Shown: piece after piece, positions 17,176 to 27,870 of the stretch | How positions within the stretch are numbered: the stretch's first letter is position 1 | How the letters are laid out: each line of letters begins with the position of its first letter | From: Hyphochytrium catenoides | Taxonomy: Eukaryota; Protista; Hyphochytriomycota | DNA: 57,983 nt | Assembly (NCBI GenBank): GCA_900088475.1 | Contig: FLMG01003282.1 | Location: 1 to 57,983 of the forward strand | Direction: 5' to 3' | Notes under the pieces: model-generated | What the model saw: only the letters and a program-made list of their open reading frames with translations | Told to the model about the DNA's origin: nothing | Databases searched by the model: none | Translations under genes and position numbers: made by a program

Positions 17176-18312
17176 TCACAGCACAAGGTACTGATCGACA
17201 GTCTGCGGACTTTCAACCGGAACATTTTGAGGTCTGTTGCCTTGTGGTTTGCCACTCTTCCCGGCCACTTGCATCTGATATTTCTCAGCAGCGTTAGAGA
17301 CCATCATTCTTCTTTGGTTTTTTGGGCTCATAAAGTCCATCGGGCTTCCCCCGCTGCTTCCCTGTGTGCTACCGCTCAGGTTATTCGTCTGCGACTCTAT
17401 AATATGGACGGGTACATCGTCCCCTAACCCGTTGAGAATTTGCAGTGCTTGCGGCTGGAACCTATAGTAGTATGGCCGATTCTCAAAATCGTAGTCCTGA
17501 TTGACATGCTCGATAATCTTCAGTCGGGCCAGTGTGCGACCGATGTCCACTGCTACTTTCTCATTTGGAGCCAATGCTCGTGTCACTAGAAAATCTACCG
17601 CTTCACATCCTTCAAAGCATTGTGTGAAGAATTGTTGGAACTTCATTCCGTTGTTCAGATACACTGTGTAGCTCTTGTCCTCGATGTTCAGGCCGTCCAG
17701 AAGAGCATTGGTGATCTTCTTTATCTGTCCGCCATTGAGAGTATCCGTGTTCACACTCTTTCTTTTTTGACCTCTCTGCTTCTCTAACTCCTCAATGGGA
17801 CTGGTCATTGTCTGTTGTTGACCTGAGAAGGTCCTGACTAGGGACTGATTCCCCTTGGCCGATACGATGTAGTCGTTGCTCTTATAGTCATCATTCCTCA
17901 CGAAAGAGGTTTGCTCTTGTGGTCCACCAAATGAAGGCTGTCCGATCCACCGACTGCTCCTCTTTTTACTGTCTGGACTAATAGGATCCACGCCCCTCGA
18001 TGCAGATCTTCCACCTTTTGTCATGGAGCGATTGTTTTCTCTACTGTTTGACCTCAGGAAACTGCTGCCCATGTTGGAGCTCGCCTGATCCCTTCGCGAC
18101 GACATGTATTGTGAAGCGCCTAAGCCCGCGCCGATACCAGAGCTGTTCATAGTCGTGGGGCTTCCATCTGCAAAAGGAGGTATACTTCTCGCACTGCTAA
18201 TGCTTCTTGTTCTCGAAGCATTTCTCCCACCCAGCGGATTCGTTGCACTAAGAAAATTATTGCTTCCTGTCTGGTTGGAGTTCTTCCGCTGTGAGCTAGA
18301 AGAGCTTCCCAT
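17176..18312 (-). CDS. Single-exon DEP-domain protein with a predicted N-myristoylation motif
   Basis: Uninterrupted ORF; the first ATG at 18312 gives MGSSSSSQRK (378 aa). DEP signature: 'IEDKSY...QCFEGCEAVDFLV...AVDIGRTLARLKIIEHVNQDYDFENRPYYYRF'. The flanks are Ser/Asn/Gln-rich low complexity. Confidence 0.85.
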   Translation of the reverse strand: MGSSSSSQRKNSNQTGSNNFLSATNPLGGRNASRTRSISSARSIPPFADGSPTTMNSSGIGAGLGASQYMSSRRDQASSNMGSSFLRSNSRENNRSMTKGGRSASRGVDPISPDSKKRSSRWIGQPSFGGPQEQTSFVRNDDYKSNDYIVSAKGNQSLVRTFSGQQQTMTSPIEELEKQRGQKRKSVNTDTLNGGQIKKITNALLDGLNIEDKSYTVYLNNGMKFQQFFTQCFEGCEAVDFLVTRALAPNEKVAVDIGRTLARLKIIEHVNQDYDFENRPYYYRFQPQALQILNGLGDDVPVHIIESQTNNLSGSTQGSSGGSPMDFMSPKNQRRMMVSNAAEKYQMQVAGKSGKPQGNRPQNVPVESPQTVDQYLVL

Positions 18313-19389
18313 GTTGCAGCTCAGGCGGACGTGCCGCCAGTAAGCGATGCCTTTCTCACACTGTAGCGGTTCAAACTCTGCCTTTCCGAATCTGAACTCT
18401 TTACTAGATCCCAAGAATTGTTATTCAGCCCCTCGCTCTCTCGGTAGACAGCAATGTGATCAAAGAAACCAGCCAAAGCACCTATATCCTCGCGGCGGTT
18501 TAAGTCACAGGGCTCAATTCCTCGCTANNNNNNNNNNNNNNNNNNNNNNNNNNNNNNNNTCCCCAATGCATTACAACGGTGATTCTTGAGACCCAAAGGC
18601 ACAAGAAGACGATGAGGGAAATCTGTGAGCATGCTGCAGTCTGTTGCGCTGGGGCAGCGGCGTCAGTTCTGGGGATAGGAAGCGTCTAGGGCAGAGACAG
18701 AGTCTTTGGATAGATGCGTAGGCCTGTCTCTTGAACCGTATTATACAAGACAGATCGTACCATAGAGATAGGAGGTGGTTCTGAAACAGATTAGCAGCAA
18801 AATAGATGAGAAAGAGTGCTAGGGAGATGACACAACCAATTGCTTTCTGCAGGGTAACTAGTAAAATTGCTACAATCCACCTCTAGAAAGAGTACACACT
18901 ATGTATTTAACGGGAGACAGAGAAAGAGACAGGGAGTAGTCAGCGGCATAATAGCCAGACCGTGGGAGAAGACCCACCCCTCTACGCTCTGACAAGGGCC
19001 TTTCACTGTTCTTACATTTCACTTGAGAAAATATATAAGAAAATGAATACTTTCTCCTCCTTGTCATCACAAAGAGGAGGAAGGGGATAATGACCCAAAC
19101 ACCCACATTCTTACACCTGCCTTCAGGAGTTCTTGCAAAGGGGAGAACCCTATGACGGGGTAGCCGGCGCTTCTTTCTTCAAGAAGATAGTTCTCTACGG
19201 TACATAATTTGGAAGTGAGGCAACGCTGAGGTTCTGAAGAGGATCACTCCACCAAAAATAGCGGCTGTGGGAGATATGAATGCCAATAGATTAAAGCTCT
19301 AAAGGAATAAGGAAGAGTAAGCAAAAGGTGTAATTAGCAGAACGAGATGAAACCCTCTTCTACGACTGTAGTTCTAGGAAACAGAGTGG

Positions 19390-20050
19390 ATTCTGATGGT
19401 TCTATCAATTGGGGCCAATTGCTGTCTCTCTCGGAGGGGGATGGCTTTTCTCCACACACTAAATAAGACTGTACGTGTATGAATGTCATAAACCCGATTC
19501 AGCATACAATTGCAGGCGTTCAGCACAAGAATCAGCTTTCTGAAGGCAAAAAGGGCTTTTATCGATTCCAAGCAATAGAATTACTACTCAACGGCTCAAC
19601 CCAAGAGTTGCAAGGCTCGCCCACAACAGTTCCTGTCCAAGAAAGTGTGCCTCTGTCTCCAAAATGGATGTCTCATAGAAAAGACCCAGCATGCTGACTA
19701 TCAATGTATCAACCGAAAGGTTCCCCTTTTTACTGATATATGAATACTGTAGGCAACTTTGATCCTTCCGTTCACTTCTGAATGATTCATAGTCGATAGA
19801 TTTCTCAAGTATGTGCTGCATGGTGGTTGTTGGTTGGAGCGGCATTGATACAGGGAAAGTAGGGCTGAAGAGGTGAGTCCGAATCTTTCCAACCAGGCGC
19901 CATACTCATCCTTCTCAATGGTTGTGAATGTTCCAGGCAGCGTAAAATACGCGACTTTCACCTTGCATTTCTGGTTCACTTCAATGAATTCATTCCATAA
20001 CCACTGTCGAAGATGGGCTGTTACTTGTCCCAAGTGGTACAAACATTCCA
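19390..20050 (+). mobile_element. Very degenerate non-LTR RT relic
   Basis: 'aattggggccaattgctgtc' reads as NW(R)PIAV with a 1-nt slip, followed by 'LSEGKKGF'. Then, in one frame: 'KMDVS*' (19661), 'GIDTGKVGLKR*VR' (about KRGVRQG, near 19870) and 'IHSITTVEDGLLLV' (about YADDL, near 20000), with RT-like spacing. Confidence 0.38.
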
Positions 20051-20434
20051 AGTACGCCGTCCACGCACTGAATACAGGGTCAATAGTCTGTACCATAACA
20101 TCCCCAAATCAACCAAAAATCCTTAAATTGATTCTATCCATGATTACCACACCGAGCCTTTCAGTTAGTCCGTTACAGAGTGGTCAGAGACTTGTCTCCT
20201 GGCTTCACCTCCACCACGACGTCTCTGCAGCTTCTCTGGAGCAGGAAGCGGGGAAGTGAAGACTCGTCTCTCCTCTCCTTCCCCTCTCTCGCCCGTTCTG
20301 ATGCCTGCAAGCTGCACGTACGTCTCTCTTGGCTGATGCTATTGCACTTCTCATTGATGAGGTGAGCTCCTTATTTTGCATTAGATTGCATTGACGAGAA
20401 GAGCTTCCGGTGGGCACGCATCCGAAGCAGTACA

Positions 20435-23400
20435 ATGGGGTGCTTGCAAGCTGTTCGAAGTCTATTGTTGGCAGCCGTCTATGTTTATGGCAATATCCGA
20501 ACTGTCTCCGCTGAAAGTAGTAGCTGGATTGAACCCATAGAGATTAAAGGGTACAAGACCTTCCTATCCAAAACCAGTAGCGAGATCCAGTGGAAGGGCG
20601 TCGCATGTATGAAACCCTCATCAACCAAAGGTATCGCTGATGCGCTAACCGAGTCCATTGAAACTCTCTTATTACTAGACTATCCGAGGCCCAACGCAGG
20701 AAAAAACGATGTGAACAACGTTGACTTCTTTGGGGAGGATCATAAGCACATATGGATGGCTGACCTGGATCATATACAGTTCTTAGGTGCCAACGTGGTA
20801 CGTAGAATGTTCCGCTGGGCGACAGCCGTACAGGCCGGGGTTGAGAGGAAGACAGTTAGAATAATTGGCGATGGACGCGACAGCTCGCAGCCGTTTGCGA
20901 GCTAAACCAGAAGCATTCTTTCGTATGATATAGCGCAGGGAACCGGGAATCCGGACAGAAGGAGAAACGTGTTTGGAGGGCCTTGTCTTCCAGTGATCAG
21001 CGGCCCATATAGGGGCTCGTTCTTACAACATGCCTCTTTATCCTATGCAGATACGAATCTACGCCATCAATCCCAGTTATGAGGTCAACCATGACCCATT
21101 CTTTTGTGAACTGTCACGCAGGGGGATCTACGCCATCATTGGCGTTGGTGCCATTTGTGAGGGCTGTGCTATCGGCAAGGAGGAAGCCCCGTCGTGCTAC
21201 GCCCCAACTCTCAAGACCCGAGCAGAGATGATAATTGCAAAGTTTTCAAAGTAATGTCGGCTTCTTTAGTTCTTCTCATCCATCCGTTAGCTTTGCTTTT
21301 CTCCATTTTGTTATTCTCACTCTCACTTCCTTTGTCCAAGAAGAGAGGGCCATTCTACGTCTCACCTGTCGTCAGCCGCAGGATCACCTTTCAGCCGCTA
21401 TCTGAGCTGTCCTTCATCCCCTCGGGCTTCTGATCTATGTCGAAAGTGAAAAACATGCCTCAGCGTTCTCGTCTCTGTCCGAAGTTCTTCGTGAGGCCGC
21501 TCCATTGGCTTCCTGGGTTCCGGGTCCTTTATAATATACACCTCTTTGCCTTCCGTATTGCTCTCTATAATCTCTCCGTATTTTAACGTTCTGGACCTTT
21601 CTACTTTCGTGGCATATACATTCCTCCTTTGCACCTTTGCTAATATTGTCCAATGGACAGATACTCGAATGTTCTATTTATTGAGGCCGGAAATGAGGTC
21701 AACCACGCGGCAGAGGGTTCCCTGGTAAATGCTCCATGCCAGAAAGCCCTCATCAGAGATATGAGGCGATACGTGGACCGCTGCGCTGCCTCCAGCGGAA
21801 TGAGAAGAGTTCCCATCGGAGTGGTGGTGGCGGACTATGAGAGAGAGGTCAATGCCAAGTATTATTTGTGTAATAAGGATAAGGACAAGTTAGACAGCGT
21901 GGAGTGGTATGGTGAGATCTCCCTCTCTCTCTCTCTCTCTCCCTCTCTCTTCTCTCTCTCTCTCTTTCTCAATCATCTTCTCATCCTTCTTCTGTTTCTG
22001 TTGTTGAAGTTCTACCCGATCTCTATCCTAGTGTCGTAATATTTCTCTCGTCTTTGATGCCTACTCTCTTCACTTCGCTCCCTCTTTCTCCACGTTTGGT
22101 CCTCTAAGCATATATGTCCTAGTGCCACAGGATCCTTTTCTTTTCCGTCCTTCGGGTAGAGTCCTTTGTCCCGGCCATGCCCTGAATATTTTGCCAGCAA
22201 TTTTTCTCTCAGCTGGACGTTCTTTTCCTTCTCATCCCCGATCCACTCTCGTTACTGACAGCGCATCAACGTCCCTCTATCGTGACTCTCCTCACCATTG
22301 GCTTCTTTAGGTATCAACGCTTATCTGCATTGTGATCCCACTGTCAAAGACTATTCTCAGGCAACCGGGTTGAAGAATTTGGTGGACGACTTAATGGCTC
22401 TCAACCTGCCTGTCCCCGCCATTTTCGGAGAGTTTGGCTGTCTGCATCCGGAATTCGATGCCCTACAAGGAGAAAATGGGACCATCTTTGAGGGACAGAG
22501 AAGCTGGGATGATGCCAAGTGGATCTTAGAAGACATGCGGAACGTCTTTATAGGTGGAGTTGCCTTTGAGTTCTCGACAGAGAACACGAACTCAAAGAGT
22601 ACCAGCGCGTGGCCTTTCACAAAGTTTGGCCCTCAGGTACTATGAAGAAGTGGGGAAGAGGAGAGAAGAGGTTCTAGGAAGGAGTATCTTCTATTGTAGA
22701 CCACGTTCTCAGATCTTCGCTGTCTCTCTTTCTCTTGGTGCTATCCCGTTGATCAATCTTTAGTGCTTTCCACAGCTCATCGTCTTCCGCTTCGCTAACA
22801 AACCTGTGCCCCTCATTTTCAAGAACTATGGAACAGGCTTCTATACCCCTGAGGATTGTGACCACGACAGGAAGAAATGCTCCTTTGTGCGGATGCCTAA
22901 CTATTACAACCTCAAAAACGCCTTCGCCACTGCCAAGCTTTCAACTTCTTCGCTCTCCACGTTCTCTCCCGAATCATCTAGAACTGTGGCACCTTCCTGT
23001 CCCTCTGAGATTCCGGGGTTGGATCAGGTTTGTCCCGTCTCCATCTTTGTTGCTCTGCCTCGTGCTACGAGGTTGGGCTCACTTTTCCTCTCGTCGTTAG
23101 AGTGCTTTCCGAACCCTATTGTCGCCGCTTCATCAATCTGTCCTCTTCTGACTCACCTGCGGCCCTAAAGTAATTGTGTTGTTCTATACTCTCCCTGGCA
23201 TGGAGAGCATCAATCATCATCTTATGACCCGATAGCTGTCAGTGTTTGTTCCTGTTGCTTGGCGATACTCGCATCACCCTCATCGTAGCTAGCAGCGGCA
23301 CTGACTTGTGTCCTCCCACATAGTTTGACTGGCCCACGGACAATGTAGAAAGTATTGGCTGTCCAAACTTGAAGAAAGACTCTCTCCCCAAGTGCTCGGA

Positions 23401-23939
23401 GCCTCTAATCACTATTGACGTCAAAGCAACAGTCAAGCCTCCCACCAAGACTAGTCCAGGGGGAACGGGAGCACAAGGAGGAGTAGATCCCATTGGTACC
23501 AGAAGCAAGGAGCAAGCAGAAGGCGATGGTATAGAGAAAAACTTTACCTTTTGCCATTTTCCTTTCTTCCCTCCCCGAGTACCACTTTCTCTTTCGGCCT
23601 CCTTCTTATTCGCTGTCATCCTGTCATCTTCTTGCTCGCTGGGCTACATGCTTGGGTCTAAAGGCATTTATCATTAACACGGCTCCAATTTTGACATCTG
23701 CCTTCCTTCATGTTTCCCTTTCAGGAGGGCCTTCCAGCTCCAATCTTAGCGCAGGATTACTTGCTGGGATCATACTTGGAGCTGTGTCTGTGATCACGAT
23801 CTTCGCTGTTTTTACTTATCGCAGAGTCAAGAATAGAGATGTTGAAGCGTACGAGCGACGACCTTCAAAGTCCAGTCAATGGCAGGGATATGCTCCAGTA
23901 GGGACGCCTAACGAGAATGAGGGCATTCTCCGCCTCTAA
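20435..23939 (+). CDS. GH72 (Gas/Gel-like) beta-1,3-glucanosyltransferase with signal peptide and C-terminal TM helix
   Basis: Signal peptide, PIEIKG, KGVAYYPRPNAG (after splicing), GANV|IRIYAINP, 'AGNE' (acid/base Glu), GINAYLHC, 'FGEFGC' (nucleophile Glu), GGVAFEFS. The last exon encodes the TM segment 'LLAGIILGAVSVITIFAVFTY' plus a cytosolic tail. About 8 exons. Confidence 0.92.
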
Positions 23940-24219
23940 AGCGCTTGCCTTGACTACTTACATTCTCTTGTTGTCAGCGATCAGATATCAACACTGCGGG
24001 CTCTCTGACGTAGAAGATGCTTCAAAGAAAGAAAGAAAGTAGGGGCGGGTACTGATAGCTTTGTCTAGTCTTGAGTGAAAGAAAAGTATGGATGTCCAAG
24101 CTATGCAGTATTCCGACATCAATATCATCTCCTCGAATCATGCGAGCAAATGAACTAGAGTAGCCATGCTAATATCAAAGCTCCCTAAGGGGGGTTCTCT
24201 AGCTTTACTTAGGGAATCT

Positions 24220-24700
24220 GGAGAACTCTATCTCCTTCTTAGAGAAAACAGACGGCATACGACCACGAAGAGAGAGGAGGTCGTAAGAAGCTGGAATAAA
24301 CTGAGCTCGTTCCAGCGATAAATTAGATACTTTTATAAGAAGATAGGTCACCACAGTGTAGTTGGAAGCCATCCTGATAGCTAAGGAGAAGAAAGAGCGT
24401 TGATTATCCCTATCAAAGATAGGGGAATCATTCTTCGGAGCCTCTTAATTCATTGCAACCGCTTGGTCAGGCCATCAGAGCTATATATTGTATACCCCTC
24501 TCCATAAATGTCACTTGTGCTCATCACTAGTAAAGTCAGAGAAATGTCATCGCAAAAAGTACGGCGAGACAGCCTGCGTCTCTAGGACTAGTTTGTCAAC
24601 CACTCAATGTCTAGGCTTATGCCGTTCTGCCAAGCCTCCTGTTTGTTCTCACTTTCAGTAGAAAGCACCACCTACATGCCGACTTTACGGCTAGCTCTCC
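24220..24700 (+). mobile_element. Possible very degenerate non-LTR RT N-terminal relic
   Basis: In order: 'KTDGIRPRREEVV' (about GPDGIP.EV), 'GSHPDS*..ALIIPIKDRG' (about G.IPDSWK.ALI.PI.KKG) and 'LSTTQCLGLCRS' (about LS..Q.GFR). Confidence 0.33.
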
Positions 24701-25699
24701 TGGCAAACCCCGACCATGAGAGAGAGTGCAACAAAAAAAAGGCAAATAGGCTACTGATATCACATTTTGTTTCCATTTATTATTTGCGAGCTCGCGAGCT
24801 TTGAAGCCTTTTATCCATGCTGAATCCGCCAACCAAGAGTTGTAGAGGTGAAGCCCTTTATCTAAAGCAAGGGGAAGCCAAGAGCCAGTTGGCTGGAAGG
24901 GAAAGGAAAGCCCTGTCTCGGTCACTGGTTCTGCTCAGTCTTGCCTTTGTCCCTATGTTCTCTCCGTTTTGCTAATCTCTCACTTTTCCTAGCTGCTCTG
25001 AAGTCACTCCCTGCGAGCCTTCTGTCCTCGTTATGGCTATGACTAAGGCGGCTAGAGACAAAGCCTGAGCCGCCTCTCTTCAACCACATTGGGTGCTTCG
25101 TGAGCCATGAGCTATGTTACGAATGCGACAGTGAATGAGAGAGACAGGTCGGCTATGGTACGAATGCAGCGTTCGGATGGAGAAAGATGAAGCGTCAACG
25201 AGGCGAAGGCATTGGTGGATAAGGGCCAGTGGACAGAAAGAACCTGCAAATCCTCTCGCGCGGTCTTCTGGTGGCTTGTGATTCTGAGGTCTGTCTCCTT
25301 TACCTATACTTCTCCACCGAATGGCCGTTACATTGGTGTCTTCTTGAACCATAGCCCTGCCTCTTGCTCCTGCCTTCCTATGGCCTCCTATAAGGTGTCA
25401 GGCTTCTCTCTTACTATCCTATGACTAGCACTTCCTTCCTTCTTCTGTGTCGCCCCAAACTTCCACCTTTTACCTGCACCCCAAAAAGGAAAACGGAACT
25501 TTGTCTTCGCTTGCACCAGATTCGAGGAGAACCGGTGAAAGGTCCAGTGGCAGGAAGGTACAGGACAAAGTAAGGAAAGCCGCTATACTAAAAAGCCAGG
25601 CGGGAAACGCAGGAAGGGGAGAAGGAAGCGAAGAGAGCCATAAAGTAATGAGACAAGACTGCGGAAGGAAGCTGATGAGAGCGAGCGAAAGGAGTGACA

Positions 25700-25741
25700 G
25701 ACAGAGAGAGAGCGAGAGCGAGAGCGCGCGCACGAGAGAGA

Positions 25742-25809
<68 letters not shown>
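25700..25809. repeat. (GA)n-rich microsatellite
   Basis: Directly visible. Confidence 0.9.
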
Positions 25810-27507
25810 CTACCTTTCAAGGAAGGCTTACGAATGTCAACATAGGAGAGAAAACTGAGGTACAAGCAAGGACAGCCGGGAGTCGGGAGGAAGAGCCTGG
25901 AGACCGGCAAAAGACAGAGTAGGAGTAATAGAAGCTTTATAGTAGGGAGAGAGAGGGAACGAAAAAGCCGTGAGAGAAGCCGCGTCAGAGACGGAGGAGG
26001 AGGTTGCTTCTGTCCTTGGGGTTCTTCTTTGACCTCGCTTCAAACCCCACCGGCACACCTGATGTCTATGTGTGTTTACCAAACAAATGCTAGGGACAAA
26101 CGAAGAGTGAGTGTGTAACGTCTGAGGATGGGCAGGCACTTTCTCATTCCCCTCCCACCCACCACTTGGTGCGTATTCCTGGAACAAAAACATAGGGATG
26201 GATGGGCGGCGGTGGATAGGAGAATGTCTAGGGTGATGGCTGCAACGTCTGAATGACCACTCCCGCCCCTCAACGCCACATGACACGCTATTGATGGTGG
26301 GTTTGAATGTGCTAGGGTATTATGTATTGGTTTACCAAAGGTTAGATGTGCGTTTGTGACCTCTTTTTGGGTTGATTAACGATCAGAACCAGCGGGCACC
26401 ACCCGAACCGGCACGAGACTGTGTTTGACGTAGTGAGTTTATGACATGTGTGTGTTTGACTGTGGAATGACAGGCAAGAGGTAGTTGGGTTTAATGTCAT
26501 ATGTGTTGAGAGAGGTGTGTGTGGATGGTCTGTCTTGGCCTGTGAGGCGATGGCTTGAAGTGACGGAGACCGAACGGCAAAAATGTGTTCAAGAGAACTT
26601 GGGATACCGCCTNNNNNNNNNNNNNNNNNNNNNNNNNNNNNNNNNNNNNNNNNNNNNNNNNNNNNNNNNNNNNNNNNNNNNNNNNNNNNNNNNNNNNNNN
26701 NNNNNNNNNNNNNNNNNNNNNNNNNNNNNNNNNNAGGTCTCTTGACGTCTCTGTCTTTGTCCGTTTGTCTCTCCCTCTCTCTCTCGCAGGTCTGACGGTC
26801 AATTCTAACTCACGTTGTCTCTCTCTCTGTCTCGGTCTCAAAGACTCTCTCTCTCTCTCTTGTCACAGGAGTCACAGTCACTCTCTCTCTCTCTCGTCTA
26901 GTGTCCTCCTTTATATTCACTCGTAGCTTGGTTCCCATTAGGTCTTGGCAGCTTTGGTTCGACACTCGACCGGGGATAAGTGCAATCCGCTGCCTCAAGC
27001 TAAGCCTTACGCTCTGTTTGGCTTCTCTTGGCTTAGTTGGCAAGAGCTTCCTGTTTCTTTCTTGTTTCTCTCGCTCTCTCTCCCTCCACCTCGCTTTTCC
27101 CACCTTCTCTTCTACTTCCTTTTCGGTTCTTTTCCTCAACCTCCTGGATCTCGCAGTTCAGTTCTCAGCGCCGTCCCCTGCCGCTCCTCAAACGGAAAGA
27201 GAGATCTCACCAAGCAAGCGCTACTGTGGGCTTCTTTCTGTCTCCTCTCTTCCTCCTGTCCGTCAATCTTCCAACCTGGGAACTAGTCAGGCGGACAACC
27301 GCAACCAGAGCGCTACCTTCTTCTCTCCAGACAAATTGGGAGGTAGATTCATTAGTAGAGGTTGTCTATAAATGTTCTAGGCGAAGAAAAGAGTAAAAAA
27401 AGAGAAGGGAGTGCACGAAGACGAGAAGCGGGTGGTCTCACTTCCGATTCTTCTTAACTTATTTACAAGCCTGTCGCCCTCTCGGTCTGGGCAAAGCGTG
27501 ACAAAAC

Positions 27508-27839
27508 ATGTCTACACCTCCAGCTAACCCGATCATGACTGGCTCCTCCTATGAAAGGAGAGCCTGGACAAGGAAGGAGGATGATGCCATCATTAGACTA
27601 GGTAAGGCTGGGTTCCATCTCTCCTCTTTGCTTTAGCGTCCTCATGGCTTCATCTTCTTTCGGATCTCGCCGACTCCTTGGTTCTTTCCGCTTGCTCCTT
27701 CGCTATAATTCCACACCTTGCAGGCATCGCGGCAGCCTCGTTCGATCTTTCGTCGAATTTTCTGGTGTACACCTACCTTTTCCTACTCTGAGTATGTCCG
27801 CTGTCTTTCTTCGCTCATCATTTTCATCTTATCTCCTTT

Positions 27840-27870
<31 letters not shown>

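Noticed and set aside
25672-25692. CTGATGA...CGAAA hammerhead-like spacing
   Set aside because: The intervening GAGCGAGC cannot form stem II, and the site lies in GA-rich low complexity.
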